Positions 1 through 10,525 of a stretch of DNA of 64,000 nucleotides are shown piece by piece. Source of the DNA: an uncultured virus (IMG/VR IMGVR_UViG_3300027963_003549) (Duplodnaviria; Heunggongvirae; Uroviricota; Caudoviricetes); IMG/VR virus record IMGVR_UViG_3300027963_003549, one strand, 5' to 3'. The notes beneath the pieces are model-generated. The model saw only the letters and a list, made by a program, of their open reading frames with translations, was not told where the DNA came from and ran no database searches. Positions within the stretch are counted from its first letter, which is position 1. Each line of letters starts with the position of its first letter. The position numbers and the translations under genes were made by a program.

Positions 1-2
1 AG

Positions 3-152
3 AATTATACTTATGAGAATTTACCAGGTATTGTAGTTGTTTTGGCTTGGAACTTCTTTGAAGAAATCGTTAAGAACAACGAACATTTAATAAAAATGGG
101 AGTTAAATTTATAAACATAAAAGATTTACAAAATCCAAATTTTGAATTATGA
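3..152 (+). CDS. C-terminal end of a probable NDP-sugar C-methyltransferase (partial, starts before window)
   Basis: Frame 3 reads NYTYENLPGIVVVLAWNFFEEIVKNNE...FEL*. VLAWNFxxEI is typical of the C-methyltransferase C-terminal domain. The stop overlaps the next ATG (ATGA). Confidence 0.6.
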   Translation, partial: NYTYENLPGIVVVLAWNFFEEIVKNNEHLIKMGVKFINIKDLQNPNFEL

Positions 153-808
153 AAATTTCTGAATTTTTAGAAAAAAATAAACAAGAATTTAAACCTTGGT
201 TAGAGGATAATGACCAAGGAATGGTTGAATTAAAAATTTTAAAATATCTGACCGATATTGAAAATGGTGTATTTGTTGAAGCGGGGGCTCACGACGGCTT
301 ATTTCAATCAAATACCAAAATACTTGAAGATTTGGGATGGAGAGGTGTGTTAATTGAACCTTCTGAAAGTGCCTACCAACAATGTATAAATAATAGAAAG
401 TGTATTGTGGAACACGCAGCATTAGTTCCCTTTGATTTTCCTTATGATAAAATCAGAGGGAATTTTGATGGGACCCCTCGTTCATCAGTCTTTGATGGGA
501 CAATGTATACAGTACCAGCCAAAACCCTTGATTCTATCTTAAAATCACATAACATAACAGAAGTTGATTTACTAACGTTAGACGTTGAGGGGTTTGAATT
601 ACAGGTTCTCAATGGTGTTAATTTTAATGACATTAATTTTAAATTTATGTTAATTGAGGTTAATTCTAATTCTTATAGTTTAGAAACTTTAGAAAATTTC
701 TTATTAGAAAAAGGTTATGTCAAGATTGCAAACATCTCAAACTTTACTTTTGAGAATACACCAGGATGGCCTGGGACACATCAAGATTATTTATTCAAAA
801 AAATATGA
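149..808 (+). CDS. FkbM-family SAM-dependent methyltransferase
   Basis: FVEAGAHDG..SNT, W.GVLIEP and DLLTLDVEGFEL motifs. Confidence 0.85.
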   Translation: MKISEFLEKNKQEFKPWLEDNDQGMVELKILKYLTDIENGVFVEAGAHDGLFQSNTKILEDLGWRGVLIEPSESAYQQCINNRKCIVEHAALVPFDFPYDKIRGNFDGTPRSSVFDGTMYTVPAKTLDSILKSHNITEVDLLTLDVEGFELQVLNGVNFNDINFKFMLIEVNSNSYSLETLENFLLEKGYVKIANISNFTFENTPGWPGTHQDYLFKKI

Positions 809-1779
809 AATTATTAGACCCAACAATTATTAGAGATTTAGTTGATTATTCTTTTGGGGATCAATCAAGTAATGTTCATAACTTATGGGATGGATATATG
901 AACAAAGCAAACTCAACAAATCAAGATTTTCTATCTAAGTGTGAAATATTCAAAAACAATAAATCAGTTATGACTCTTTTCATTGATAATATTAGATTAT
1001 ATAAAAGAGAAGGGATTAAATACACCAAGATTGAATTATCAAATGAGTCTTCAAAACAATATAAAGACAATAGAGTAAAAGAGTTGGGTGATCAAGATTT
1101 GTTATTTCTTTGTTCTACAATACCTGATGTTAAATTTATTATTTTCACAGGTTTTGAAGATACTCAAATAGATGATGAAATCTTTGATAAAATCCCTGAA
1201 AATGTTTTAGCGGTTTATGCGTCCAACTCAATATCACATGGAGGTAAAGTAATTCCAATACCTTACGGAATACAAAGAAAACTTAATCCGTATGATATGA
1301 GACAAGATATCTTAAGTAATAATATTAATTCTAAGATTAATCCTGAGAAACTACTCTATATTAACCATAATGTTAATACTAATCCGGAAAGAATATCCAT
1401 TAATGAAAGATTCATTAATGAGCCTTGGGTTACAACTGAGACCCCTAAAAGTAGTAATCCTAATGATTACCAAAATTATCTCAATAAAATTAAAAATCAT
1501 AAATTTATGATTTGTCCTGATGGTAATGCTATAGGTTGTGAATGTCATCGTGATTGGGAAGTAATTTATATGAGAAGAGTACCAATAGTAAAAGACTCTC
1601 CTTATTTACGTAAAATTTTTGAGGGTATTCCTGTGTTGTTTGTAAACTCTTTTTTAGATGTTAGTGAAGAACTATTATTAAATAATAATGATTTATATGA
1701 ATCAATGCAAACTTTTGATTTGAATAGATTAGATTTTAATAAGATTTATTTTGATATTTTAAAAAAATTTTCAGTATGA
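805..1779 (+). CDS. Exostosin/GT47-like glycosyltransferase
   Basis: PIPYGI and HKFMICPDGNAIGCECHRDWE..Y...VPIV motifs. Start moved to ATG 805, which overlaps the upstream stop. Confidence 0.6.
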   Translation: MKLLDPTIIRDLVDYSFGDQSSNVHNLWDGYMNKANSTNQDFLSKCEIFKNNKSVMTLFIDNIRLYKREGIKYTKIELSNESSKQYKDNRVKELGDQDLLFLCSTIPDVKFIIFTGFEDTQIDDEIFDKIPENVLAVYASNSISHGGKVIPIPYGIQRKLNPYDMRQDILSNNINSKINPEKLLYINHNVNTNPERISINERFINEPWVTTETPKSSNPNDYQNYLNKIKNHKFMICPDGNAIGCECHRDWEVIYMRRVPIVKDSPYLRKIFEGIPVLFVNSFLDVSEELLLNNNDLYESMQTFDLNRLDFNKIYFDILKKFSV

Positions 1780-2744
1780 AAAAATGTTTAATAACAGGTA
1801 TTAATGGACAGGACGGCTCATACCTTTCCGAATTTTTATTAAATAAGGGTTACGAGGTTCATGGCACACTTAAAAGAAATTCTGTTTCAGAAAATCAAAC
1901 TTCAAGATTAGAAAATATATATGATCAGGTTAAGTTACATTATGGTGACTTAACTGATATGTCATCACTTATATCTGTAATACAGAAAGTAATGCCGGAT
2001 GAAATATATAACTTAGCTGCACAATCACACGTTAGAATATCATTTGATCAACAATTATACACTGCAAATGTAACAGGTATTGGTACTTTGAATTTATTAG
2101 AGGCGGTTAAACTTATAAAACCAGATACCAAAATATACCAAGCGTCGTCGTCAGAAATGTTTGGTAACTCGATAGATTCGGACGGATTTCAAAGAGAAAC
2201 GACACCAATGAACCCTGTATCACCATACGGATGTGCTAAAGTATTCAGTTATAACATTTGTCGTAACTATAGAAACTCTTATGGAATGTTCATTTCAAAT
2301 GGGATTTTGTTTAATCACGAATCACCAAGACGAGGGACTAACTTTGTAACAAATAAGGTATGTAAAGAAGCGGTTAAAATTAAATTGGGAATATCTAACG
2401 AATTAAAACTTGGTAATCTTGACGCAACTAGAGATTGGGGACATGCAAAAGATTATGTTAAAGCTATGTGGGAAATACTACAACTTGAACAACCCGATGA
2501 TTTCGTTTGTTCAACAGGAATTTCACATTCAGTTAGAGAACTTTGTCAATATGTTTTTTCTAAGTTAGATTTAAATTGGTCTGATTATGTAAAACAAGAT
2601 GAAAAATTTTTAAGACCTGAAGAATTGAATGACCTAAAAGGTGATTCGTCTAAATTAAAAAACGCAACAGGTTGGATTCCTGATTATACTTTTGAGAGTA
2701 TGTTAGATGAAATGATACAATATTGGTTAGAATATTATGGATGA
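1776..2744 (+). CDS. gmd: GDP-mannose 4,6-dehydratase
   Basis: LITGINGQDGSYL, YNLAAQSHV, YQASSSEMFG, SPYGCAK, NHESPRRG and RDWGHAKDY motifs. Confidence 0.97.
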   Translation: MKKCLITGINGQDGSYLSEFLLNKGYEVHGTLKRNSVSENQTSRLENIYDQVKLHYGDLTDMSSLISVIQKVMPDEIYNLAAQSHVRISFDQQLYTANVTGIGTLNLLEAVKLIKPDTKIYQASSSEMFGNSIDSDGFQRETTPMNPVSPYGCAKVFSYNICRNYRNSYGMFISNGILFNHESPRRGTNFVTNKVCKEAVKIKLGISNELKLGNLDATRDWGHAKDYVKAMWEILQLEQPDDFVCSTGISHSVRELCQYVFSKLDLNWSDYVKQDEKFLRPEELNDLKGDSSKLKNATGWIPDYTFESMLDEMIQYWLEYYG

Positions 2745-3642
2745 TGAAAAATTGTTAATTACCGGAAAAGGTCTTATTGGTTCTGAATTTGTGAATGAAC
2801 AAAAAATAGGATCTGAATATGATTTAAGAAATAAGTCCGTATCTGATTTAGTTATTAGTCATTATAATCCTGATTATGTTATACACACCGCAGGTAAGGT
2901 AGGTGGTTTAGGTGCTAATATGAATATGTTAGGTGAGTTCTTCTATGACAATATTATGATGAACAGTAACATAATTGAAAGTTGTAGAAAATATAATGTA
3001 AAAAGACTAATATGTTTTTTATCAACATGTATATTCCCTGACAATGTTGAATACCCCCTAACCGAAGATAAAATCCAATTAGGACCTCCTCACCCATCTA
3101 ATTTTGGTTATGCTTATGCTAAAAGAATGGTACAGGTTCAAATTGATGCCTATAATAAACAATATGGGACAAAATACTTTTCGGTTATACCTTGTAACGT
3201 ATATGGACCTAACGATAACTATAATTTGGAAAATGGTCACGTAATTCCTTCCTTAATCCACAAAACATATTTAGCTAAGAAAAACAATACTGATTTAGTA
3301 ATATGGGGTTCAGGTAACCCATTAAGAGAATTTATATATTCTAAGGACATTGCAAAAATTTGTATGATCCTGATTGAAAAATATAATGAGTCTGAACCGA
3401 TTATTTTATCCACATCACAAGAAATAACAATACGTGATGTAGTTGAAATGATTGTTGAAATAATTGGATTTGAAGGTAATGTGATATACGATACTTCCAA
3501 ACCTGATGGACAATATAGAAAACCATCTGACAACTCAAAACTTTTATCTATCATTGGTGATTTTGAATTCACACCATTAAGAACTGGTCTTGAAGAGACT
3601 ATTGAGTTTTTTGTAAAAAACTATAATATTTTAAGAAAATAA
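2737..3642 (+). CDS. fcl: GDP-L-fucose synthase
   Basis: AGKVGGLGAN, LSTCIFP, YAYAKR, NVYGPNDNY, HVIPSLI and WGSGNPLREF motifs; directly follows gmd. Confidence 0.93.
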   Translation: MDDEKLLITGKGLIGSEFVNEQKIGSEYDLRNKSVSDLVISHYNPDYVIHTAGKVGGLGANMNMLGEFFYDNIMMNSNIIESCRKYNVKRLICFLSTCIFPDNVEYPLTEDKIQLGPPHPSNFGYAYAKRMVQVQIDAYNKQYGTKYFSVIPCNVYGPNDNYNLENGHVIPSLIHKTYLAKKNNTDLVIWGSGNPLREFIYSKDIAKICMILIEKYNESEPIILSTSQEITIRDVVEMIVEIIGFEGNVIYDTSKPDGQYRKPSDNSKLLSIIGDFEFTPLRTGLEETIEFFVKNYNILRK

Positions 3643-3646
3643 TTAA

Positions 3647-4366
3647 ATGACTAGACGCAAATCAAACTTGTCTTTAGAAGAGTCAAAACCTCTATCTAAA
3701 AAAGACATCATTAACAAAATTGTTACGAAAAAATCAAAAGATAAGTTTTTAACTGACAATCAAAAAAAATATTACGATACTTTATCTAATAACCAAATAA
3801 CGATTTGTTCAGGTCCTGCGGGTGTTGGTAAATCATACATCGCGATGAAAGCGGCTGTTGATTTATTGGTTGATCATAACACACCATATGAAAAAATTAT
3901 CATTGTTAGACCAGCGGTTGAAGCTGAGGAAAAATTGGGAGCACTTCCAGGTAACCTTGAAGAAAAATTGGATCCTTACATCTTTCCATCATATTACTTA
4001 TTAAGTAAAATTATTGGTAAAGACGCTAAAGAAAAATTGGTAGAGAATGAGGTTGTTGAGGTGTTTGCTTTGGCATACATGAGAGGGATGAATATTGACA
4101 ACTCAATCTTGATCTTTGAGGAAGGCCAAAACGCAACTCCTAAACAGATGAAACTACTAATGACACGTATTGGGTATAATAGTAAATTTTTCATCTCAGG
4201 TGACTTAGAACAGACCGACAGGTATAAAGAAAAAACACAATCGGGGTTATATGACGCTCTTCAAAGATTTAATGATATTAACGATATTGGTATTTTTGAA
4301 TTTTCAAATGAAGATGTTGTTAGAAATCCACTTATTTCTAAAATATTAAAAAAATACGAAGAATGA
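3647..4366 (+). CDS. phoH: PhoH-family ATPase
   Basis: GPAGVGKS, RPAVEAEEKLGALPG, AYMRG, EGQN, GDLEQTD and DVVRNPL motifs. Confidence 0.95.
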   Translation: MTRRKSNLSLEESKPLSKKDIINKIVTKKSKDKFLTDNQKKYYDTLSNNQITICSGPAGVGKSYIAMKAAVDLLVDHNTPYEKIIIVRPAVEAEEKLGALPGNLEEKLDPYIFPSYYLLSKIIGKDAKEKLVENEVVEVFALAYMRGMNIDNSILIFEEGQNATPKQMKLLMTRIGYNSKFFISGDLEQTDRYKEKTQSGLYDALQRFNDINDIGIFEFSNEDVVRNPLISKILKKYEE

Positions 4367-4959
4367 GAATTGGTATTGATGTGAATGGTGTACTTAGAGA
4401 CACAATTGGTAAGTTTAAACAAACTTATGAGAAGTTCTTAATAGAAAAATCTGAAATTTTTGAAAACGATGAGTTTGAATATAAAATTACAGAACCTATT
4501 GATACCTTAAATTTAATGGATCATTTTACTTTTAAGGATGAAGAAGAATATTTGTCTTTTATGTATGATGAATTTCCTATGCAGATTTTTGGTCATGCGG
4601 GTTCTACTGAACTTTCAACATTTCACGATTTACAAGAATTTTATTTAGAAAATAGAGATACACACGAAATTACTATTTTCTCACAAGAAAAAGGTAAAAC
4701 CAAACCGGCAACATTGTTTTTTTTGTCAAAATTTGGTTGTGAGGTTGAATCCGTTAAATTCTATAATCAATCAACGATTGATAAATTATGGGAAGATTAT
4801 GATTTAATTTTAACAAGTGATCCAGAATTACTTTCAAAAGTTACAATTTTTACTATATTGATAAAATACAATACAGAGTACAATAAAAATAGTAAGATTG
4901 CTTGGAACGTAGATACGTTTAAAGAATTTAACGAACTAATTAAAAAAGAAATAAAATGA
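4363..4959 (+). CDS. HAD-superfamily 5'(3')-deoxyribonucleotidase-like protein
   Basis: N-terminal RIGIDVNGVLRD HAD-like motif, with the second Asp replaced by Asn. Confidence 0.55.
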   Translation: MRIGIDVNGVLRDTIGKFKQTYEKFLIEKSEIFENDEFEYKITEPIDTLNLMDHFTFKDEEEYLSFMYDEFPMQIFGHAGSTELSTFHDLQEFYLENRDTHEITIFSQEKGKTKPATLFFLSKFGCEVESVKFYNQSTIDKLWEDYDLILTSDPELLSKVTIFTILIKYNTEYNKNSKIAWNVDTFKEFNELIKKEIK

Positions 4960-5231
4960 TTGAAGTATTCGGAGAACACTATTTCATCGACATTGATAAA
5001 ATAGAACAATTCATTAACATACCAAAAACAGAACCTGTTAGTGGTGACACAAATGAACAACATATCAGTGTTGTTAAATACGAAGTAGTTAAAACTATGA
5101 TTGATGTAATCATGGGTGAAAACGAAGAGTTTGATGATAACTTGGGTCTTAAAAGTGCGAAAGGAGCATCTCTACCTTTCAAATTAGCTTTCAACACAAT
5201 GCTTAAACATAAATTAATTGAACACTTATAA
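4956..5231 (+). CDS. hypothetical protein
   Basis: ORF is translationally coupled within the operon. Confidence 0.7.
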   Translation: MIEVFGEHYFIDIDKIEQFINIPKTEPVSGDTNEQHISVVKYEVVKTMIDVIMGENEEFDDNLGLKSAKGASLPFKLAFNTMLKHKLIEHL

Positions 5232-5232
5232 T

Positions 5233-6279
5233 ATGGATCAAAATTTGATTGAAAAAGTAAAATTGTCCGTTTCGAACATCGAGTCTAAAAAATTCAGAAT
5301 TTACTTCTTTGTTCAGGACACAAAAGGAAATGCAAAAGCTTCCTTATCATACATTTATCGTATGGCAATGTCTTTAAAAACTGCGGGGTATAATCCGATA
5401 ATGTTACACGAAAAACCAGATTACATTAAAGTTGGTGAGTGGTTGGGGTCTGAGTTTGATGAACTTGAACACCAATCTGTTGAGGGTCAAAATTTGGCAA
5501 TCGCACCTGAAGATATTTTAGTTATTCCTGAAATATTTGGATATGTAATGGAACAAGTATCAAATCTTCCTTGTGGTAAAATTGTCTTATGTCAGGCTTA
5601 CGACCACGTATTTGAAACTTTATCACCTGGTGCTACTTGGAATCAATACGGATTTTTAAAGTGTATCGTTACGTCTGAAAACATGAAAAATTATATGGAT
5701 GACATAATGAAAAATATTTCATATTCAATAATTGAACCAGCGATTTCTAAACACTTTGTTAAAGACAAATATCCTGCAAAACCAATTGTTGCCGTTCATT
5801 CAAGAGAACAACGAGATGGTCTTAACTTTATTAAACAATTTTATTTGAAATTTCCACAATTCAGATGGGTAACTTTCAGAGATATGAGAGGAATGTCAGA
5901 AGAACAAATGGCAAACACACTTAAAGATTGTTTTGTGTCAGTATGGATTGATCCCACAAGTTCTTTCGGAACATATCCTTTAGAGTCTATGAAAATGGGT
6001 GTACCTGTAATTGGTAAAACACCAAATTTGAAACACGAATGGATGAAACAAGAAAACGGAGTTTGGGTTGAAAATCAGTTGGATATGACTAATGTTCTTG
6101 CTAATTATTTACAGAACTGGTTGGAAGACAACATTAATTCTGAACTATATACTAGTGGGATTGAAACAGCTGAAACATTTGGTAATTATGAAAAATTTTC
6201 AAACGAAGTAGTTACCTTATTTAGTGACTTCGCAAATAAACGTAAAGACGTATTTACTCAACAATTAAACAATCAATAA
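5233..6279 (+). CDS. GT-B-like glycosyltransferase
   Basis: C-terminal SFGTYPLESMKMGVPVIG motif of GT4-like enzymes. Confidence 0.7.
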   Translation: MDQNLIEKVKLSVSNIESKKFRIYFFVQDTKGNAKASLSYIYRMAMSLKTAGYNPIMLHEKPDYIKVGEWLGSEFDELEHQSVEGQNLAIAPEDILVIPEIFGYVMEQVSNLPCGKIVLCQAYDHVFETLSPGATWNQYGFLKCIVTSENMKNYMDDIMKNISYSIIEPAISKHFVKDKYPAKPIVAVHSREQRDGLNFIKQFYLKFPQFRWVTFRDMRGMSEEQMANTLKDCFVSVWIDPTSSFGTYPLESMKMGVPVIGKTPNLKHEWMKQENGVWVENQLDMTNVLANYLQNWLEDNINSELYTSGIETAETFGNYEKFSNEVVTLFSDFANKRKDVFTQQLNNQ

Positions 6280-6280
6280 T

Positions 6281-7087
6281 ATGGAAAATAAATTTGACGT
6301 ATCAGTAATATTACCAATTAAGTCTTCTAAAGCTAAAGATTTTGAATCTTACTTTGAGAAATCAATAAACTCATTGAAATTACAAAAGGTTTCATTAAAT
6401 GAAGTAATCATCGTACCAACAAAAGAAGAATCTCTGAATACTTTTTTAAAGTCGTACGATTTTGGAGACCTAAATGTTAAAGTAATCCCGTTTGAAGGTG
6501 ATCCTAATTTTTCTTCACAGGTAAATTTTGGTGTTGAGAGTTCAACATCTAAATGGGTATCAATTTTAGAATTTGATGATGAATATGCAACAATTTGGTT
6601 TGATAATGTAAAGAAATATGATGATATCTATTTAGATGAAGTAGATGCTTATCTTCCAATAGTTGTTGATGTTGATAGTAAAGGTGTTTTTGCTGGATTT
6701 ACAAATGAAGCTACTTTTGCAGCAGGATTTACAACTGAAATCGGATATCTGACAAATGATATGTTACATGACTATCAAAACTTCCAAAGTTCAGGAATGG
6801 TTATGAAAAGAGAACAATTCTTGGAATTTGGTGGTATGAAACCATCAATGAAGTTAACATTTGTGTATGAATTCCTTTTAAGAATGACTTATAATTCTGT
6901 TAAAATTATGACAATTCCAAGAATGGGTTACAAACATGAAAATCTAAGAGAGGGTTCAATTTTTTGGAATTACAAATTTGGTGAAGATAAGATTGTTGAC
7001 GACGAGGTTAGGTTTTGGTTAAATACAGCAAAGAAAGAATATTTCTTTAATCAAGATAGAAACATAAAATACGAATCAGTGTCTTGA
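6281..7087 (+). CDS. GT2-family glycosyltransferase
   Basis: DVSVILPI, NFGV, WVSILEFDDEY (DxD-like) and EFLLR motifs. Confidence 0.75.
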   Translation: MENKFDVSVILPIKSSKAKDFESYFEKSINSLKLQKVSLNEVIIVPTKEESLNTFLKSYDFGDLNVKVIPFEGDPNFSSQVNFGVESSTSKWVSILEFDDEYATIWFDNVKKYDDIYLDEVDAYLPIVVDVDSKGVFAGFTNEATFAAGFTTEIGYLTNDMLHDYQNFQSSGMVMKREQFLEFGGMKPSMKLTFVYEFLLRMTYNSVKIMTIPRMGYKHENLREGSIFWNYKFGEDKIVDDEVRFWLNTAKKEYFFNQDRNIKYESVS

Positions 7088-7830
7088 TGTTATCAGCCTC
7101 AACTGAAGAAACAACAATACAATTCAGAAGAAAGGGTAGAAAAACACTCAAAGATAATTATTTTGACGTAAAAGAAGAGATGGCGGTTAGAATGTTTTTA
7201 ACCGCCACCACTTTTAATGAAAGAAACAAAATATATAATGAGTATCTAAGACATCCTTTGGATAAGATGATATCTTCAATAATTAGAAGGTATAAATTGT
7301 ATCGAAAAGATATGAATTTTGATGAGATTCATATTGATACACATTCTTTTCTTATGACCAAAATTGAAAAGTTTTCACCATCAAAGGAGAAAAAAGCATA
7401 TTCATATTTTGGAACTATTTGTAAAAATTATTTGATGGGTCAAATAATTAAAGATCAAAAAGATACAAATAGAAAAATATCATATGAGGATATTTCAAGT
7501 AATTTAGAGAATAGGCCCGATATGGTTTATTATATAGATAATGATATGATTGAAGCTGAAGATATTATAAACAAGTTCAAAATAGATTTAAGATTATTTA
7601 TGGATAATAACGAGATGACTCATAGTGAGAGGAAGTTGGGTGAAGCGTTGATTGTTATATTTGACAACTATGAAGAAACATTTCCGAGCTCAGACAATAA
7701 TAAGTTCAATAAAAACGTAATATTGTTAACTCTTCGTGAAATGACAAATCTATCAACAAAAGAAATTAGATCATCAATCAAAAAATTTAAAAAACTATAT
7801 GGGAATACTCTTAATGGTATGATTGATTAA
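7087..7830 (+). CDS. Phage sigma factor (T4 gp55-like, late transcription)
   Basis: KIEKFSPSKEKKAYSYFGTICKNYL resembles sigma region 2 of gp55-type proteins (F..EK..AFSYF..I..N). Confidence 0.65.
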   Translation: MLSASTEETTIQFRRKGRKTLKDNYFDVKEEMAVRMFLTATTFNERNKIYNEYLRHPLDKMISSIIRRYKLYRKDMNFDEIHIDTHSFLMTKIEKFSPSKEKKAYSYFGTICKNYLMGQIIKDQKDTNRKISYEDISSNLENRPDMVYYIDNDMIEAEDIINKFKIDLRLFMDNNEMTHSERKLGEALIVIFDNYEETFPSSDNNKFNKNVILLTLREMTNLSTKEIRSSIKKFKKLYGNTLNGMID

Positions 7831-7857
7831 AAATAAACACTCTAAATATTTATAGTT

Positions 7858-8226
7858 ATGTCGAAACCAAGAAAAAAAGAGATTAACTTAACAAAAGATT
7901 CTGTTTTAGCTCTTCTACAAGAAGTCTATAATGAACTTGTAGAACAAAGAACAACAGCTTTAAGACTACAAAATAAACTTGTAGTAATGTTAAAAACACC
8001 TGAAGATATGACGGTGTTAGGTCCTGTTATTGAAAAACAACAAAAAATTATAAATGATTGTGTTGATAAAAAACTACAACTAGGTAAATTACAATCTTCA
8101 TTGTGGGAAAAAACCAACAATACTCAAGAAAATGTTACATTGTCTGAAATAGATGATGAACTTCTACAAAGTTTAATTATGAAGGATGTGGAGAAGGGTA
8201 ATAATGATACCACATATAAGTTTTAA
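7858..8226 (+). CDS. hypothetical coiled-coil protein
   Basis: ORF preceded by TATTTATA motif. Confidence 0.7.
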   Translation: MSKPRKKEINLTKDSVLALLQEVYNELVEQRTTALRLQNKLVVMLKTPEDMTVLGPVIEKQQKIINDCVDKKLQLGKLQSSLWEKTNNTQENVTLSEIDDELLQSLIMKDVEKGNNDTTYKF

Positions 8227-8231
8227 TATTT

Positions 8232-10328
8232 ATGGCACTTAACTTAACAAGCGGATATGAGGATTTAGCGAGTCTAATCCAAGAAACTACCACATACAAG
8301 AGGGCGAAAAACGATTATGATGGGTTAATTAGTAAACAAGGAAATAAGTTAAGTGATGTTGCTGACACAGTACAAGGTGGTTATCAAAACGCAATCGGTA
8401 AAACCAAAAAATTTGAGGAAGTACAAGGAAATCAAATAGATAAACTTCTTAAAATTGCAGAAAGTTTAGGACCTAATTTACAAAATAAGGCGCAATCATC
8501 ATTACAACGTCAAATTGATAAAGTTAATTTTTCAGGAGTAACTCAAAATACAAAATTTTCAGGATTAACTAAAAATTTAAATAGTGCTGGTGCATCTACC
8601 GTAGATTTTATAAAAAAATCGTTTAAAGAAACAATAGCAAAAATAGAACCACAAGTACAAGAAATTATAAATAAAGAAGTGTTGAGGGCTATTGGGTGTT
8701 CACAAAATCAAACATATCCAACAAATAATGAAATATATATAAAGGTTTCAAGTATTGATATATTTGGTAATCTTAAACAAGATCCGAATGATCCTATTGG
8801 TAAATTATATTACGAGTTAGGGACAAGTTTTAATAACAATGTGACAAAAAACTATCCGATGAATCGTCAATTAAATCATAGGTTAAATAACCCTGGTTTA
8901 TCATTCAATAGTGAATATGGATCAGCATACCGAGGCACATCACTACAAGAATTGTTTGATTTCGTTTACACAAAAGTTGGACCAAATGGTGAGACCGGTG
9001 ATTACTTTAAGATAACACTTAAAGAACGTATTCCATCAGTTTCTGATTTTGGTAGTTATGGGACTTCAGGATTTACACAAACCGTTCAATCGGTTGAAAG
9101 ATTTATTGTTGATTATTATAAGAAAATAAGGATTGCTGAAAGTAGGAAAGTATTTTCTGAAGTTATGAATATTCTAACCAATACATTAACAATTGGCCAA
9201 AACCCCGATACTAATTACATAACAAATGAAAAACTATTCGGTAAAATTATTCAACGAATATTTGGACAATGTCAGGATAATACCTCAGAAATTGGTGTCA
9301 GTGGAATTGCAAAAATCTCCGTTGGTGATGAATTTGATGAGACTTTTTTTGAATTAACACCTGAAGATAATATTGAGATTGAAAAAGAAATATCGAATAT
9401 ACAAAGGGGTGTGGTTCAATTTGAAGGTTGTGGTGCTGAGGATTTTCCTGTCGATTCTACCTCAATAGTTAATTCATTATTAAAAATGAATGATGCAACA
9501 ACAACAAGTGAAGAGATTGAATTGTCCGATCAATCTGAGGATGCTGCTCTTGAACAATGGAAACTATTATATCCGAAATTCCCTGTAATATCTTGGAGAA
9601 AGGGTATTATTAAATCATTAGTACAAGCATTATGTCGTGTTGTGTTTTCACCTAAAGCAATATTTCCACTGATGATTATGTTAAAAGCGTTAGGTAATAA
9701 CGTATCAGATACTGTGGAAGATGTTAGAACCTTTATGACTAAATTTAGATTATTGGTTACTAATATATCGGGTAAACTTTTTTCTTTATTTGTTAAAGAA
9801 CTATATAAAATAATCTCAAGAGATATCAAAAAACTTTTAGGTTCTATTGTAACGGATTTATTAAAAGAAAAGATTGATAAGAGATACGCTATTTATGTTT
9901 CGTTATTACAGGCGGGTTTTGAGATTAGGGATACTATTAGAGATTTTCGAAGATGTAAGAGTGTTATTGATAATCTTATTAGATTGTTTAAAATAATAGA
10001 TAAAGTAACAAAACCTTATCGTTTACCTCTTTTAGCCTTAGACCAAGCAGCTCTAAGACCTGGTGTTAGTGCTACTCGTGCGTTTATGAAAAATATTGGT
10101 ATAATGCAAGAACTTGGATTACCTACAGGTAATTTACCTGATGGTTCACCAAATCTTGATTTAGTTTCACAATTTGCCAATATTAAAGCAATGTATAAAG
10201 AACAAGATGAAAATGGTCAGGTAGAGATATCTTTAAATAAACTAGTATTACCCGTAGCAGTTCCAGGTTTGGCAGGACCCGGAACAGCTTCAGGAGCGGG
10301 TGCAAGACTTTTCGGAATACCAAAATGA
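8232..10328 (+). CDS. hypothetical protein, probably virion/baseplate-associated
   Basis: 698-aa ORF in an operon with the gp5-like gene. Confidence 0.6.
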   Translation: MALNLTSGYEDLASLIQETTTYKRAKNDYDGLISKQGNKLSDVADTVQGGYQNAIGKTKKFEEVQGNQIDKLLKIAESLGPNLQNKAQSSLQRQIDKVNFSGVTQNTKFSGLTKNLNSAGASTVDFIKKSFKETIAKIEPQVQEIINKEVLRAIGCSQNQTYPTNNEIYIKVSSIDIFGNLKQDPNDPIGKLYYELGTSFNNNVTKNYPMNRQLNHRLNNPGLSFNSEYGSAYRGTSLQELFDFVYTKVGPNGETGDYFKITLKERIPSVSDFGSYGTSGFTQTVQSVERFIVDYYKKIRIAESRKVFSEVMNILTNTLTIGQNPDTNYITNEKLFGKIIQRIFGQCQDNTSEIGVSGIAKISVGDEFDETFFELTPEDNIEIEKEISNIQRGVVQFEGCGAEDFPVDSTSIVNSLLKMNDATTTSEEIELSDQSEDAALEQWKLLYPKFPVISWRKGIIKSLVQALCRVVFSPKAIFPLMIMLKALGNNVSDTVEDVRTFMTKFRLLVTNISGKLFSLFVKELYKIISRDIKKLLGSIVTDLLKEKIDKRYAIYVSLLQAGFEIRDTIRDFRRCKSVIDNLIRLFKIIDKVTKPYRLPLLALDQAALRPGVSATRAFMKNIGIMQELGLPTGNLPDGSPNLDLVSQFANIKAMYKEQDENGQVEISLNKLVLPVAVPGLAGPGTASGAGARLFGIPK

Positions 10329-10525
10329 TGAACGAACACAAAATACAAGATCTTTTACCAAAGTTGGGTGAACAATCAAACTCAGCGTTGATTGAAATGA
10401 TGGATTTTTTACAAAATGACTTTGATGTGACAAAACAAAGAATTGTTGACTTAACGTATCATTTAGATACTATTGAGACGATATACGACAAAATAAATAA
10501 AGAATATTCTAAAAGAAATCCATAA
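10325..10525 (+). CDS. hypothetical protein
   Basis: Short ORF coupled to both neighbours. Confidence 0.65.
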   Translation: MMNEHKIQDLLPKLGEQSNSALIEMMDFLQNDFDVTKQRIVDLTYHLDTIETIYDKINKEYSKRNP

